NCBI GenBank assembly: GCA_950097015.1
Contig: CATNEN010000027.1
Span: forward strand, 186,001-250,000
DNA: 64,000 nucleotides
Source: Macrostomum hystrix
Lineage: Eukaryota; Animalia; Platyhelminthes
Direction of reading: 5' to 3'
Each line of letters starts with the position of its first letter. Position 1 is the first letter of the stretch. The position numbers were made by a program, and so were the translations under genes. A model generated the notes under the pieces. The model saw nothing but the letters and a program-made list of their open reading frames with translations, ran no database searches and had not been told where the DNA came from. Below, one piece after another: positions 10,302-22,343 of the stretch.

Positions 10302-10997
10302 TGAAGTGTTACAATTTAAACTATGCGATTTTTACATCTAGGCGCGATTAGAATATGCAGCTCTCCTGCGCGAGGATGCATTTGCAGGAGCTCTAGGATT
10401 AGCCTAAAGACTCCTGCCCTATGGCAGCCTTTGGCCGGATGAGTATAAAAGTTCTTGCACTGAGAGAAAGTAAGACCGCCCCCGCTCGCCCGTTCCTTCT
10501 TCGCTTGCTATTCAATCTCCTAGCTAGATCCGATATCTATTAGTCGCTAGCCTTTGCTATCCCTGGCTAACCCATGCAAGATCCAGATAATTAAGAATAC
10601 CTTATTGAAATTGGAATTGTGACTCCTGGAAACTTCACCCAGATCTTACCTTGAACCCTTTTCCATATCTTGGTTACTGACTCAGGATCCGTGAGTAACA
10701 ATCAAATACTTGTGCTTGGGAATTACCTTCTCTCAGTGATTGTAATAATTGTAATAATTTATAGTGAGTTGTCATCTTTTAACTGTTTGCCGTAAGACCA
10801 ACAAAATATAATCCGATTGAGAGTATAAGACCGAAAGTGAGTGCAACATCAGGAAAAGATAGTCGATTTTCCACGCCTCCTCATTACTTAGAAATAGCCG
10901 TGTACAATTGGCTCTTGTCAAAGACAACTAGTAAAGATAATAAGAATACTCATTAAACTAGACATTGATAGACCAGAGACGAATCTAAAATATTTCA
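10302..10997 (+). repeat. 3' LTR (696 bp)
   Basis: Direct repeat of 2081-2776 at an offset of 8221. Confidence 0.97.
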
Positions 10998-13734
10998 GAA
11001 GCAGCACCAGCGCCAGCTCAGGCCTCAATCGCAATCCTCTAGTGTCTCCGTCAGTGTCCAGGCCGGTGTCAGAAGGCGTGACCCTGCTAGAGGAGCTCGT
11101 CAGCTTCTTGTCTGGCCGGCCGTACGCAACTAGCGACGAATTTCGCTCCCACCTGCGCGCCAACGCTAGGCGTCAATTTACCGACCTGTTTTGCCGCTCA
11201 GCCGACGGCTGGCGCGCCTGGGTGCCGCCTAGCGTCGTCGGCGACGAGATCGAAACCGCTTCCCGGCGATCACTGTTCGAATTTTTTCGATCGGCCCGCG
11301 GCGATTTCATAGATCACGATCTGATTGACCTGCTTGAGCGCTGGCACCGGATGCTGCGATTGGCTAGCGACACAGGCCCGCCTGCCTCCCCGCGTTGGCT
11401 AGCCGGCACCCCAGACCGATTTGTCAACCAATTAAATGCGCACTTCTCTGCTCACACTGATTTTCTATGTCGACAGAATATTTGTCTAGAGGATGTCGTG
11501 TTTCTCTATCGGTAAGTTATATTTTCTGATCATTTGTTGGGACCTCTGTTCTGGTCTCGCCGTATTCACTAACCGCTCACACCTGGTAGCTTGTGGCCCG
11601 TGTATTCTTGTAGTATCGATTGTGTCTAGCTTAACACAAAGTTAGCGAGTTGGAGAAGGGAGATAAGAATCCTTACCTTACTTTTATACAGCATGGTCTA
11701 AAGCTGACATTCGTTTTCGCGTTTGCAGCAAAGTGCATCGGATGGAAAGTATGCAAGTGCATTAGTAAGAAAAGTTCACAACGCGTTTGAGTCGAAATGA
11801 TCTAATTATAGTGTTTAGTGCCCAAGGGAGACAATTCGGTGTCCTTGATCGAGACACAAGCTGTCAAATGGGTCAACCAGCGTCAACCGAATTTTTTATA
11901 CGTTTTCGCTCGTGTGTCGCACTCCCCATAGTCCATGGACTGAGTAGCTGTTCACAGTCAGAGTCTTTGTCAGCAACTGTCTGTTCTTTGTTTTGCCAGC
12001 CGCTTCGGCATTGTGCCCATCGAAGCCGACCCAGACTGTCTCAGGCGCATGGTCCGCGCAATCGAATGGGCTTCCAGGCAGTTCGGCTTCCTGTTTGCCC
12101 GGTTCCGCGAGCCGCCTTTCACTCTGGAAGACCGCTGCTCATTCTGCCGACTGAGTCCGCCTCAGGTGGTCGCCGAATTCGACACAGTCAGCGCGTTGGC
12201 CGTCGCCCGCGTCGAGAATCATAAGCTGCGACTGTGCTCTCCGTGCTCGGAGTTTGTGCGCAAAATTTCCGGCCCGCCGCCGATCTGTCCCTGCTGCGAG
12301 AGAAATATTCTGCGAGCCAAGGAGAGGCGCCTTTGAGTCCTCTGCTCTGGCTCACGCGATACTCCGTAGCAGTATCATCAAGGACCACTAAGAATGCAAG
12401 ACGCCAAAATATTTTGTCCTTGCGTCCTCTATTTTCTGTAGTGCCTTGGTGTATGTACTTTTCTTATAGCTGGTTTTAAAAATTAGCTTTTTTTCATTAA
12501 ATGACATTTGTGTTTTTTTCAGTGTGAATGTGAATGTAATCGTTTGTTTACTCGTAATGTATAGATTGAGTGTTCTTGTTCTTTTGTGTTGATAATGCTT
12601 CCAATTCGACAGTTATTATTATTTGTTTTCATATTTAACGCCACACTGTACACTGTACACATTTGAGTTATTAAACGCAGAACTGCAGTTTTAGGTGCAG
12701 AACAATTTCCATGCACCTAAACTATGTGAGATTACAATCTGCTTGCCTTGTGGTTATCGTTATGGCTCGCTCAAACATTCGCTTTTTCTTAGTAAACCAG
12801 CAAATTATGTAATTGCTATTGTATAAGCTATCATTTTTTAAAACATGCTTTGCATGCCAATTGTGTATTATATACCATCAGCTAAAGTCCCGTATTTTAT
12901 GGTCTAATAGAACGCGGCGAATTAGGATTATTATTGCTGCACTTTTAAGTTTAAGAAAAGTTTAACTTTTATTTTTGAGATAAAAAAGAACAAGATTTCT
13001 TGTTTTATAGATTCAAGATTCAAGATTCTAGTTTTCAAGATTTCTTTAGTAGAGTCACAACAATAATATAGCTGTGTTGGTTCTTAAAATGTGTACGTTT
13101 AAAGTCGATACTAAAAATCCTTTGGTACGAACACTTGTCTCTAGCCTCACTTATTTTAGTTACAGTTTCTATGCGGTTCTGTATGACAATAGTTTAATAA
13201 AATTATTACTATTAAAATAAAATGTAATAATATGAAATTATCCAAATTAATTTATATACGTATCTAATTCGGGTTGACACTTATGAAAGATAGGGACAGT
13301 AGTAGAAAGCTTTAAAATGTTTTTTCTATAGAAGTCTAACCCCTAGTGACTTCAGGAAAAACAAAAATGAAAACAAAGAAAACAAACCCTTGTAGGTTGG
13401 CAGGTTTGCATGCTTGCAGACTTGCAGGTTTGTGCATTTCGCTTTAGCACAAAAACGGCATGCCCTGCATAATTTGACACGGCATTGTTCATAATTTTGC
13501 GCCCTTGAAATTAAAGCAACAAAAAATTCCAAAAGTATACTTTATTATGATCTCCAGAAGTTATATTGAATCCTCTGGCTCAATTTTTAAAAAATGACAA
13601 AATATTTACATTTATAAACTTTTAAGAATTATTACTCTTTTGCTAATTTGAATTTTTTCTCAGAAACAGTAGGGCAAAATTCATAGCTATTTATTGGCAA
13701 GAAGACAACTGGCAACGTGATAAATTTCTAGGCT

Positions 13735-16700
13735 ATGGCTGGTGTGACGTCCCAAAATTTTCTAAAGGATGTCGATGTTGTTACTGTAAATGGGGGATTT
13801 ACTGTTGTATTGTTCACTATTGTTTTATTTACTTTACTAAACCGCTTAGTTAATTTCATCGGGACGCCATCTGTTGTTGTAAGCAATGCAAAGAACAAAG
13901 AGGAATCGTGGAAATGGAGAAATCTAACTCTGTCGTGGATTCATGCACTTATAATTGGCACGTGGGACCTTTCATGGTAAGTTTTTGTTTCAGTATACGA
14001 TTTTTATTGTCATAAATATGTAGTGCTAAATAAGTCATAAATGTCATAAGAACACCTAATTGTCATACATGCTGTTTTCGTATTCATGCACTAAGTTATC
14101 ATATTTATGCACAGAATTAGATAGTAATAATTCTAGACAACAAGATTTTACAGACATTAAAATAGCAATTGTATTTGTCTAGTAGATTAATTTAGGAAAG
14201 TTCATTCAACATAAACTTTATAAATTTATTAAGTTGTAACAGTCTATAGGGCCTAGGCCTACTAAGATAGACATTTGGAAAAAGTAATATATTAATTTTT
14301 CTAAATTTATGACAATAGTTTAAAGGCTTTAGTTAAAAAACTCTCTTAGTGGCTGTTCTCAAAAAACGTAATAATTTAAAAGATTTGAAACTTTTTTGTG
14401 AATCATTTACACAAAAATAATATTATATTAATATTGACATTGATTAATGAAACTTTCTAAATTGCAGTTTCTATTTCTATCCAGAAGTGTGGCAAGATCT
14501 GATTGCACACATATCACCATATACCTATTATATGGTTGCTGTTTCTACAGGTTAGTTTATTTATTTTTCTTTAGTTGTAATTTTCCCATTGTGTTATATC
14601 CATATTCAATGCATACTTTTTAATTATTTTATTCAAGGATACTTCATTTATGACTTTCTGGACCTTCTGCTTCAGAGAAGATTGTTTAAAGAATGGGAAC
14701 TTAGTCTGCACCATGTTGCTGTAAGTTTATGACTTTTTCTAAGAATCATTTCCTATACTGATGAAATAAATGCATGTCAGCTTTGTTTGCACTGATAACA
14801 AATATAAGTTGAGGTCATCACTAAACTTAAAAGCCTCAATATTAGTTCCATTGACACACATGCACAACACCTGGATGATAATAGAGATGAAACAGGTTTG
14901 TCTCGCCAAGAAGACCAAACAATGGCCAGTGGTTACTGACAAGCTAGAAACTTGGGCTGAATAGTCATTTATGTAAGCACTCGAGTGCAAAGACCACAGC
15001 TAGAACTTCCTTTTCGAGCTGCAAAAAGTAAAAGTACTTCAGCTCTGCATCATGCTCAGATCTCAAGGCAAACAGGATTGGCTAGTCCACTCGGGCTTCA
15101 TGATGGCAGAGCACAGCCCTGATGCCACAGTGTAGCCTGTCGCATTCCAACACAAGCGGTTTGCTTTTTTTGAAGTGCACTAGGACTAGTACCTGGCCAA
15201 GCAGTAGCTCGCACTTCCTGAATGCCTCGTCTTGATATTATTCTCAGTCACCAGCTCTCAAGAGAGGTTGGGAAGAAATGTTTCGTAAAAATTTGCTTTC
15301 TTTAGCGTCCTTGTCGATCTGGTGCCCGATGTACATCACACTTAGTTGTAGGAAGGCGCACTTAGCCGAGCAACGAAGTGCTATGTTGAAAACAACTGCT
15401 TATCTGCCAGCAGCTCCTTTAGCTTAGCGGGGTGGCTTGAGCAGGTGCTCCGCTGTATCTGTTTAAGTTCTGCCACTCTGCCAGTTTAGCGCCAGCTCGG
15501 ACAGCCAGTCTCGTCCCAACAGGGCCCTTTTACGACTAGTAGAGGCAGCAGCTTTATCGTCCCTTCCAGTTGCTCGCGCACCTGGATGAGGCGCAACACC
15601 GGGACTGACTAACCAGAATCCGTACACAACTGAGTGTTGGCCAAGTCCAGGCGAGGCCGTCTGCTCAGCACCGCGGGAAAAGTTGCGTCAGAGATAATTG
15701 ACACTGAACGCACCAGTATCCACCTCCATGTGCATGGGCTTGCCGTTGAGATCGATGGTGGTCTCGATCGGCGGCACCTTGTTTGAGCGAAATGTGATGA
15801 CATTGAGTGAGACGGCTTCGTCTTCCTGCTCGTTTCCCAGCTTTTCTAGCTCCTGGACGGTTTGGCCTTCCCGCAGAAATGCTTCGCTGACAGATGTAGG
15901 TAACAGCGCTTCGTTTTCTTTGCTGCTGATCCCGATAGCATGGACTGCGTCTTGACTTAAATAACAGATAACACTAAACAGCAGGTTGTGCGTCCTGCCA
16001 CAGACACTTTAAACTTCTCTGGTATGATATCAATATCGTTGGAAGATCAGTACTGCTACGCTCGTATAAGCGCTCCTGGTATTGCGGCCAAGAATCCGCG
16101 CCCTCCTCAAAAGGTCCGATTGAGCCAATCATACTCAGAGCCTTGTCGTCACTGATAAGACGTCATTTTGGTTTGCAGTGATGCAGACTAGGTAGGTCTC
16201 CTAACTTTAAAGCCTCAATCACATATATTTCATTCACACATACGCACGATACAAATTTAAATAAGCATTTGTACATCTTAGGAAAGGAAATGCCGATGCA
16301 TTGGACGTTACACCATTTACCAATTGATATCTCACAATGCCTTGGCAATACATTGTTTTTTATTACACCTGCCCCAATCAGGCCTGATGTGCACCCAACA
16401 GCACGGCCGCTAGTTACCCATTAAACATTAAGCTGGGTGAACTTTTAGGTGTGTTGCTAAAGAAATTAGAATCGAACCCACGACCCTTAAGTCGTGAGTC
16501 CATCCACGATTTAACCACAACCCTGTACAATGCTCCCCAATTTTCAGGTGATATCAATTTTCGTCTACAATTTGTGGAACCGCACCTGTATCGGCTACAC
16601 AGCTGTGGCCCTATTAACTGAAGTGAATTCGATATTTTTACACCTGCGCAAACTGATGCAGATGCTCCGCCTGCCGTTCTGCAGCCTGTCATACAGACTT

Positions 16701-16979
16701 AACGCACTGATGAATTTAGGCACGTTTTTAGTTTGCCGCGGCTACTGCTTGGCCCGCATCACCTACGGAATGGTGATTGAGCGGAGTCGACTGGGCACCA
16801 GATATTTGTGCCTGCTGGGCGGCGCCATGTTCATTATGAACCTCATCAATCCGGCCCTGTTCGTTATTCTGCTGCGCAACGATGTGCTTCGTCCACCATC
16901 GCCTAAGAAGAGTCGAAATCAGTTAGACGAAACTGCTGCTAAGGCTAACGGGCAGCAAAATGGCAGACTTGTGGGCTAA
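13735..16979 (+). CDS. TLCD2: TLC (TRAM/LAG1/CLN8) domain protein, TLCD1/2-like, 4 exons, 279 aa
   Basis: join(13735..13976,14468..14550,14638..14720,16548..16979) is 840 nt with GT-AG junctions in phase. Motifs WRNLTLSWIHA, GYFIYD, WELSLHH and EVNSIFLHLRKL match TLCD1/2. Paralog assignment is uncertain. Confidence 0.9.
14790..16150 (-). mobile_element. Decayed Ty3/Gypsy (Mag-like) gag-pol relic in TLCD intron 3
   Basis: Minus-strand fragments with stops and frameshifts: protease INGKPM-like LNGKPMHMEVDTGA/SVSII...LGRDWL, RT end AKCAFLQLSVMYIGHQID, RNase H KPLVLECD...QLEKEVLAVVFA. Confidence 0.8.
16355..16528 (-). mobile_element. Short SINE copy of the same family
   Basis: Minus strand: tRNA-like head with B box GGGTTCGATTC, degenerate CORE (TTCACCCAGCT...AATGGGTA), shared tail GCACATCAGGCCTGATTGGGGCAGGTGTAAT. 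Confidence 0.7.
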
Positions 16980-17796
16980 TTCTTCCTAGAACATCTTTAA
17001 TCTGATGTGCAGTGTCACATTGTGCATGTTTTTTATAGAAACTTTTTGCATGCTTTGATTAATCGTATTTTAGTTCAATTCGGCCTTCTTGTGAGTGCCA
17101 GAAAACTTCCATTTTTATTGAAAATTTTTCTTTTTAAAAATAATTACGAGTGCTCTTTGCGGCTACCGATTTTTAATTATGAGCCCATCTTTAGCTCCCC
17201 TGCCGGGAATGATATTTTTATTGTACCTTATTATATAGTTTTGTCACAAAAAGTATTTTGCTATTTGGCTTCGGCATCTCCTTCAGTGCCAATGCCAAGC
17301 TCTTCATAGCTACATTAGCTGGCAGCAGGCGATATTCACAAATGCTGAGAACCTAGCTGTACAAACAGTACAAAACCTGATGCCCACGCCAAGCCATCAG
17401 TTATCAGACAAGATTATTCGTATACTTATAATAATCCTACTTTCAATTCCACTTTTTCTTGTTGTCTGTTCACACATTATTGTTAATTTTTTATCAGACT
17501 CATTTGTTTTTTGTATTTCAAAGTTTTTACTGCCGATATAGCTATATATGCGATCACATAACGAAACTATTAAATATATTTTCCAACTCAAAGTTGTTTT
17601 GAAGTAACCATGCAGACAGGCGGTTTAGCTGCACAAATAACATAATATAATTTTGCAGTGCAGTTGCAGAAACTCTTTGATGTGTTAATAAGGAATGGTA
17701 TATGTATAGTAAATATCAATAAAAGATAAGTATGAAGAACCAAAGGAATACGGACGGAGAAGCGATTGCAGGTAGTGAGGTGATAATCTAATTCGG

Positions 17797-19443
17797 TCAG
17801 TCGGTAAAAATAGACGCAGTGAAGGCCTCAGCCGGGCCGAAGCTCTCGCAGAGACACCAGCGATCTTGCACCAGACGGCCAACGAGTGATAGCGGCTCCT
17901 CCGCAGCAACGCTGCCAAATCTGGGGCTACCTAGATTCAGGACCAGCTGCTGCGGAAGCCATGCCGCGGATGCGCGATTGTCAAACGACGCGTGGGCTGT
18001 TGGGTCAGTGAGGCGAACCAGATTAGGCGGCAGGGCCGACTGGAGCAGTGGCTGGAGGCTGTCGTGCACCCCGACCGGGGCGCTAATACTCAAGCAGCGC
18101 AGATTATCGAAGCCAAATTCCGCAATGGCTCCAGTTTCGCTTACAACATCTTCGAATTTAACGGCTTCCCCATTTAAGCCAGTTTCGATTGTCGTATTGT
18201 CCAAATCGAATTTGGAGCCATAGAAACCAGTCACCACCGCTAAGAGACGAAGGCGGCGCAGACGGCGCAGATGTCCGTTCTGTATACGCGTGCTAGGCAT
18301 TGGCCACAGCAGTAGCCGATGCAGTGTTCGGGTGCCGACTCCGCAGTTAAGAAAGGCGACTCGTCGCAGTCCAGGCGCAGAGCGCGCCGCTGCGGCTGCG
18401 TGTCTATCAGTGAATCGTCGCAGTCCGATGGTTAGGGAGCGAAGCGCCGGCATGCGACGTCGCAAAACAGCATCGATGGCCTCCGGCGGACAGCAGGCGT
18501 CGGGCAATGCGGCAGATGATGTTTCGACAAGGCGAAGACAGCGGAGGCGACGGCGAAGCTGATGACCCACCTCGGCTAGAGAAGTCGGCGGCAGACGAGC
18601 GAAAAAGTTACCATCGAGCCCCAGACAGGTAAGGCAGGCAGCATTCAGCAGCGGTCGAAGACTTTCGTCGGGATCAGGCAGTTTAATGCTCGACAAGTCC
18701 AACGATAACAGCCGTAGCTGAGACATTGCAGCCGCTGGAAGCGCGTTTAGCAGGGCTTCAATGCGGCAGTTTCCACGGCCGCAGTCACTACCGACGCCGA
18801 AGCGGAGGCGGCGAAGATGCCCATACAATGGGGCTAGAGCCAACAAAGCGTTGACCGCTTCGCCAGCGCTGGCAGCGTTGAGCGCCAGACTCCTCAGTTT
18901 AGGAAATCGACGAGCAATGCTAGCAAAGAAGCGCTGAGTTGCGCCGACATCTGGGCTGATTCTGTCTAAGCGGAGACTGCTCAGACAGCCGCAGCTTGGC
19001 TTGCTGTCGTCTAAGAACTCTGACAGCCGACTGCCGGCCGAGTCAAGCAGCTGCAGGTGTCGCAGGTTTGGCCATAGTCTCAGCGCTAATGTTAAAAAGT
19101 CATCGACTCCGACAACCTTACCGGTGGCTGAGGCGTCTGATGCCAGAACGAGGCGACGAAGGCGGCGACAGCGGCTTCGCTGCAGGCGCATTAGTCGCTG
19201 AGCCGCTGGTCGGGCCAGTCGCGTCAGGCAGGCGAAATCCAGTCGGCAACTCTGCGCGGCCGACTCTCGTACAACGGCGGCCAGCCGGGGACAGACAAAC
19301 GGCGCAGTCAGCAGACGGTCGGGCAGCGACAGGCTGGCCACGATGCGCAGCAGCAGCCGGTGCGGCAGTTGGCAGCAGAGTGGGCTGCTGCAACCGTTGC
19401 GACTGACTTCCGAAGACTCCTCCTCATTAGCCGTGTGACTAGT
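17797..19443 (-). CDS. F-box / leucine-rich-repeat protein (FBXL-like); 5' end unresolved
   Basis: The frame of ORF 17797-19341 stays open to 19482 and adds an F-box LPHRLLLRIVASLSLPDRLLTAPFVCPRL. Repeated LRxLxL motifs follow. No in-frame ATG; candidate acceptor CAG at 19446-19444. Confidence 0.8.
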   Translation of the reverse strand, partial: TSHTANEEESSEVSRNGCSSPLCCQLPHRLLLRIVASLSLPDRLLTAPFVCPRLAAVVRESAAQSCRLDFACLTRLARPAAQRLMRLQRSRCRRLRRLVLASDASATGKVVGVDDFLTLALRLWPNLRHLQLLDSAGSRLSEFLDDSKPSCGCLSSLRLDRISPDVGATQRFFASIARRFPKLRSLALNAASAGEAVNALLALAPLYGHLRRLRFGVGSDCGRGNCRIEALLNALPAAAMSQLRLLSLDLSSIKLPDPDESLRPLLNAACLTCLGLDGNFFARLPPTSLAEVGHQLRRRLRCLRLVETSSAALPDACCPPEAIDAVLRRRMPALRSLTIGLRRFTDRHAAAAARSAPGLRRVAFLNCGVGTRTLHRLLLWPMPSTRIQNGHLRRLRRLRLLAVVTGFYGSKFDLDNTTIETGLNGEAVKFEDVVSETGAIAEFGFDNLRCLSISAPVGVHDSLQPLLQSALPPNLVRLTDPTAHASFDNRASAAWLPQQLVLNLGSPRFGSVAAEEPLSLVGRLVQDRWCLCESFGPAEAFTASIFTD

Positions 19444-21089
19444 CTGGGTCCATGGGTTCCAAATGAGAGCAAAGTCAGCGAGTTAATTTTGCGGACTAAA
19501 CACGTTGGGCTCGTGCTATCTAGATAAGTTATACTTTCAAAAGATAAGCTACTCATCTCCTATCTCGGCAGTGTAAATTTTTGCCCTTAGGATTGAACTT
19601 AGGGATTACGCAAGCTTTGTAATGAGGGTCCTTTTGATATGTACGAGAGCAGGCCGCGTATTTTCTAATTAGGCAAGAAACGGGCTTGCGGTGGTGTGAG
19701 CACGAGATCGATAATGTGTGCTCGAAGTTATAGAAGATCATTAATTTGCACATTAAGTTTAAATTAAAGACAATCATTAATTAAACTAACGAAATAAAAC
19801 ATTCAACGATGCCAAACCACTACGGGAAGGACCTGGGAGGCACATTTTTGTTGGTTGCTAACTGTAAGTAAAACATACTTCTCGAACTAAATGTTACAGG
19901 CTATATTATTTATCATAATACTTACATTTTATTTGACATTAAAGGGCAACTGTGAGAGGCGTAGTGAAAATTAATATTTTTCAGCGCTTTGAAGCCACAT
20001 AATGAAATTAATGTGTCTAAATTGTATAACATTGCCATGTAGTATTGAATTGAATTGAGGAGACAACAAAATTCAGTTTTAATCCCTAGGATTCTTCACC
20101 ATTACTGTCCTGGTGACGTGTCATGCCAGAAAAAACATGTTTATTTTTTCTTATAAATCAGATTTTCGATTACAGCTCTTCTACTTTCAAAACGTTACAT
20201 AAGGCAAATCTGGTGCACTCGAAACAGACAATATCATTGACTGGATCTTTGACGGGCAAAATCTGGCAAAACGCGAAAAATCACTGGAAAAAAACGACTG
20301 GGAAAAAACTTGGACCAAGAGAAATGATTTTTAAAAAAACGCACGACTAATAAGCCGCAAACAGCAACAGTGATGATTCTTGGATTATTGCGAACGCCCC
20401 GATACACCAACATACAGCTCAAGTCTAGAGCGTAAATAAAATCATGGATTTGTCTTTCTAGGAATTCTTAGAACATGTAGAAAATTGTTTTAGAAGCTTT
20501 AATTGCACTAATAGTAAATATAATATTAATACTAGGTACTACATGCTTTAAGGACTTCTAAATTTAGTACCAGTAAGTACTGAGTACGGCATGAAGTCTG
20601 ATTTCTAAATCTAGTACCGAATAGGAGCAGTTTAAGGAATTTCAAATACTTCATCACTATGCTCGAGCAGGACTTGGTCACGCCAAGTTTTAAAAACGAT
20701 AGTTAAAAAAGAACTTGTGTAGTAAAGACTCAAACAAGCACATCAAAAAAATCAATCAATTAATCAATCAAAGGGCTTCAAGCGTATCAAAATGAACACC
20801 TACCAGAAAAACATGCTTAGCGAAATAATATTGAAGTCTAAAAAAACAAAGTCACCTTTTAACAAAAAAACTTGGTAGGAAAGCGAAAAATGTCACATTT
20901 CTTGAAAAAACTCGAGACCAACCCCTCAACCTTAAGGCTGCCATTTAGGCGAGAAAAAACTGCATCGGAAAAAATTCGTCAGCTTAGTTGTCAATCAGAC
21001 ATGAATTTTGTAATGCAGAAAATTACTTTCCTAGCTTCTAAATTTATTGCGGTCAAGAGAATATCAATTTCCTAGAAAACTAGTATTTT

Positions 21090-22343
21090 CTACTTCTTCT
21101 TTCGCTTATCGGCCTTAACGGCGGACCGCTGCTGCTTGACCGAGTAGCCGCGCAGCTGACAATAGTCCAGCAGCAGCGCCAGCAGGTTTAGGCCATAGAT
21201 AGTGACACAGACCGGGCACATGTGCTGCAGCACAAAGAACAATACGTAGGCTAGCCAGGCACTGCCGGCGGCTAGAACTACTGAGTTGAGTAGGCGGAGG
21301 CACAGGCCGAACTTGCTGGCCGCGAAGCACACTGCGCGAAAGTTTAAACTTTTTTTGTTTATTTGGTAGGCCTATGCAAATTTAGAAGCTAAAATATTTG
21401 CCAGCCAAAATTTGCTAGGTTAAATTGACATGGATAGACCATACTAATGCATCATAGATCTTGGTCACTATTTTCTCATCGTCAGGCAGTGAATAAGCTA
21501 ACCTACGAGAGCCCCCTGGATTTTTCCCTTCGCGAGCTTTGCCTTTGGCGAGCTTTGCCTGTTGCGAGCTTTTTTCGGTTATTCAAATTCCAGAAATTCC
21601 AGTCGATCGGTAGGGAGCAATTGAATTTCTAATAGAGAACTTTTAATCTAATCTAATCTACATGTTGCTATTAATCGTATAATATGAAAGAAATCATAAG
21701 ATTGTGACAAAAATAAATTATCCAATATGAACATAAAATATCGACGGTCGTAAAAAGCTCATGCGGGGCTACCCTCCCGCTTTAGTTGTCTGTATAATGA
21801 GCGTAAAAGCTAGATTTTGTTGCAGCCTCGCCCGCGGATTCGAGCTCTGGGATATTTGGCGTGAAAAAAAATGGACGCGTTGCAGCTCCGCTACTAATAC
21901 ACTCTACACCATTAATTAAATAATGAGGATTGAAAGATAGAAAAAAACACATATTCGCTATTCTTACCCAACAGTAAGTGCATCAGAAAGAAGATGACGC
22001 CATAGACTCCATTGTTCTGGTTCAAAACGTGATCCTCGCCAAGTAGGGGACCGATCAATCCGAATCCAGTGCCATAGCTGGAATGTGGACCATCCACCAT
22101 CAACGATATATATTCTATGCATACACTACTATTCCAATGTAAAAAAGACAAGATTACAATGCAATAAAAATTGACTCACCTCGAGTTGAATGTCTTAGAG
22201 CAGGTGATGTAACTGGATACATCGCAATGTGCCTTGTAGTCTGGCGAGCTATTAACCATCTGTTTCACATACAGACTGTAAACTGACAAGCCAATACGAC
22301 CCGAGTCGAGCAGTACAGATAGTGCTACACCAGCCTTGCCCAT
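21090..22343 (-). CDS. VKORC1: Vitamin K epoxide reductase VKORC1-like, 3 exons, 171 aa
   Basis: complement(join(21090..21331,21968..22077,22180..22343)) is 516 nt in phase. Loop cysteines HCDVSSYITCSK, GFGL, LNQNNG, active-site CPVC, C-terminal dilysine KKK. Confidence 0.95.

Larger units (their letters stand above)
2081..10997 (+). mobile_element. Non-autonomous Ty3/Gypsy-like LTR retroelement (Gag-PR only, plus small accessory ORFs), 8,917 bp
   Basis: Direct repeats 2081-2776 and 10302-10997 with TG...CA ends. 4-bp TSD GAAG (2077-2080 and 10998-11001). PBS, PPT and Gag-PR ORF present; no RT/RH/IN ORF. Confidence 0.95.
2055..12336 (+). pseudogene. Two-exon gene of unknown function with a C-terminal RING-like zinc finger, interrupted by the LTR element
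   Basis: join(2055..2080,11002..11511,12000..12336) is 873 nt and an open 290-aa frame (MQYARSRR|SSTSASSG...FLYR|RFGIVPIEADP...). Donor GTAAGT at 11512 and acceptor TTTTGCCAG at 11999 are phase-compatible. C-terminus CSFC...ENH...CSPC...CPCC. Confidence 0.7.

Noticed and set aside
19809-20350. Possible small plus-strand spliced gene (ATG 19809, donor GTAAGT 19864, acceptors near 20089 and 20161)
   Set aside because: The junction combinations I tried gave early stops or short unrecognisable peptides. It may be a UTR or non-coding transcript and needs RNA data.
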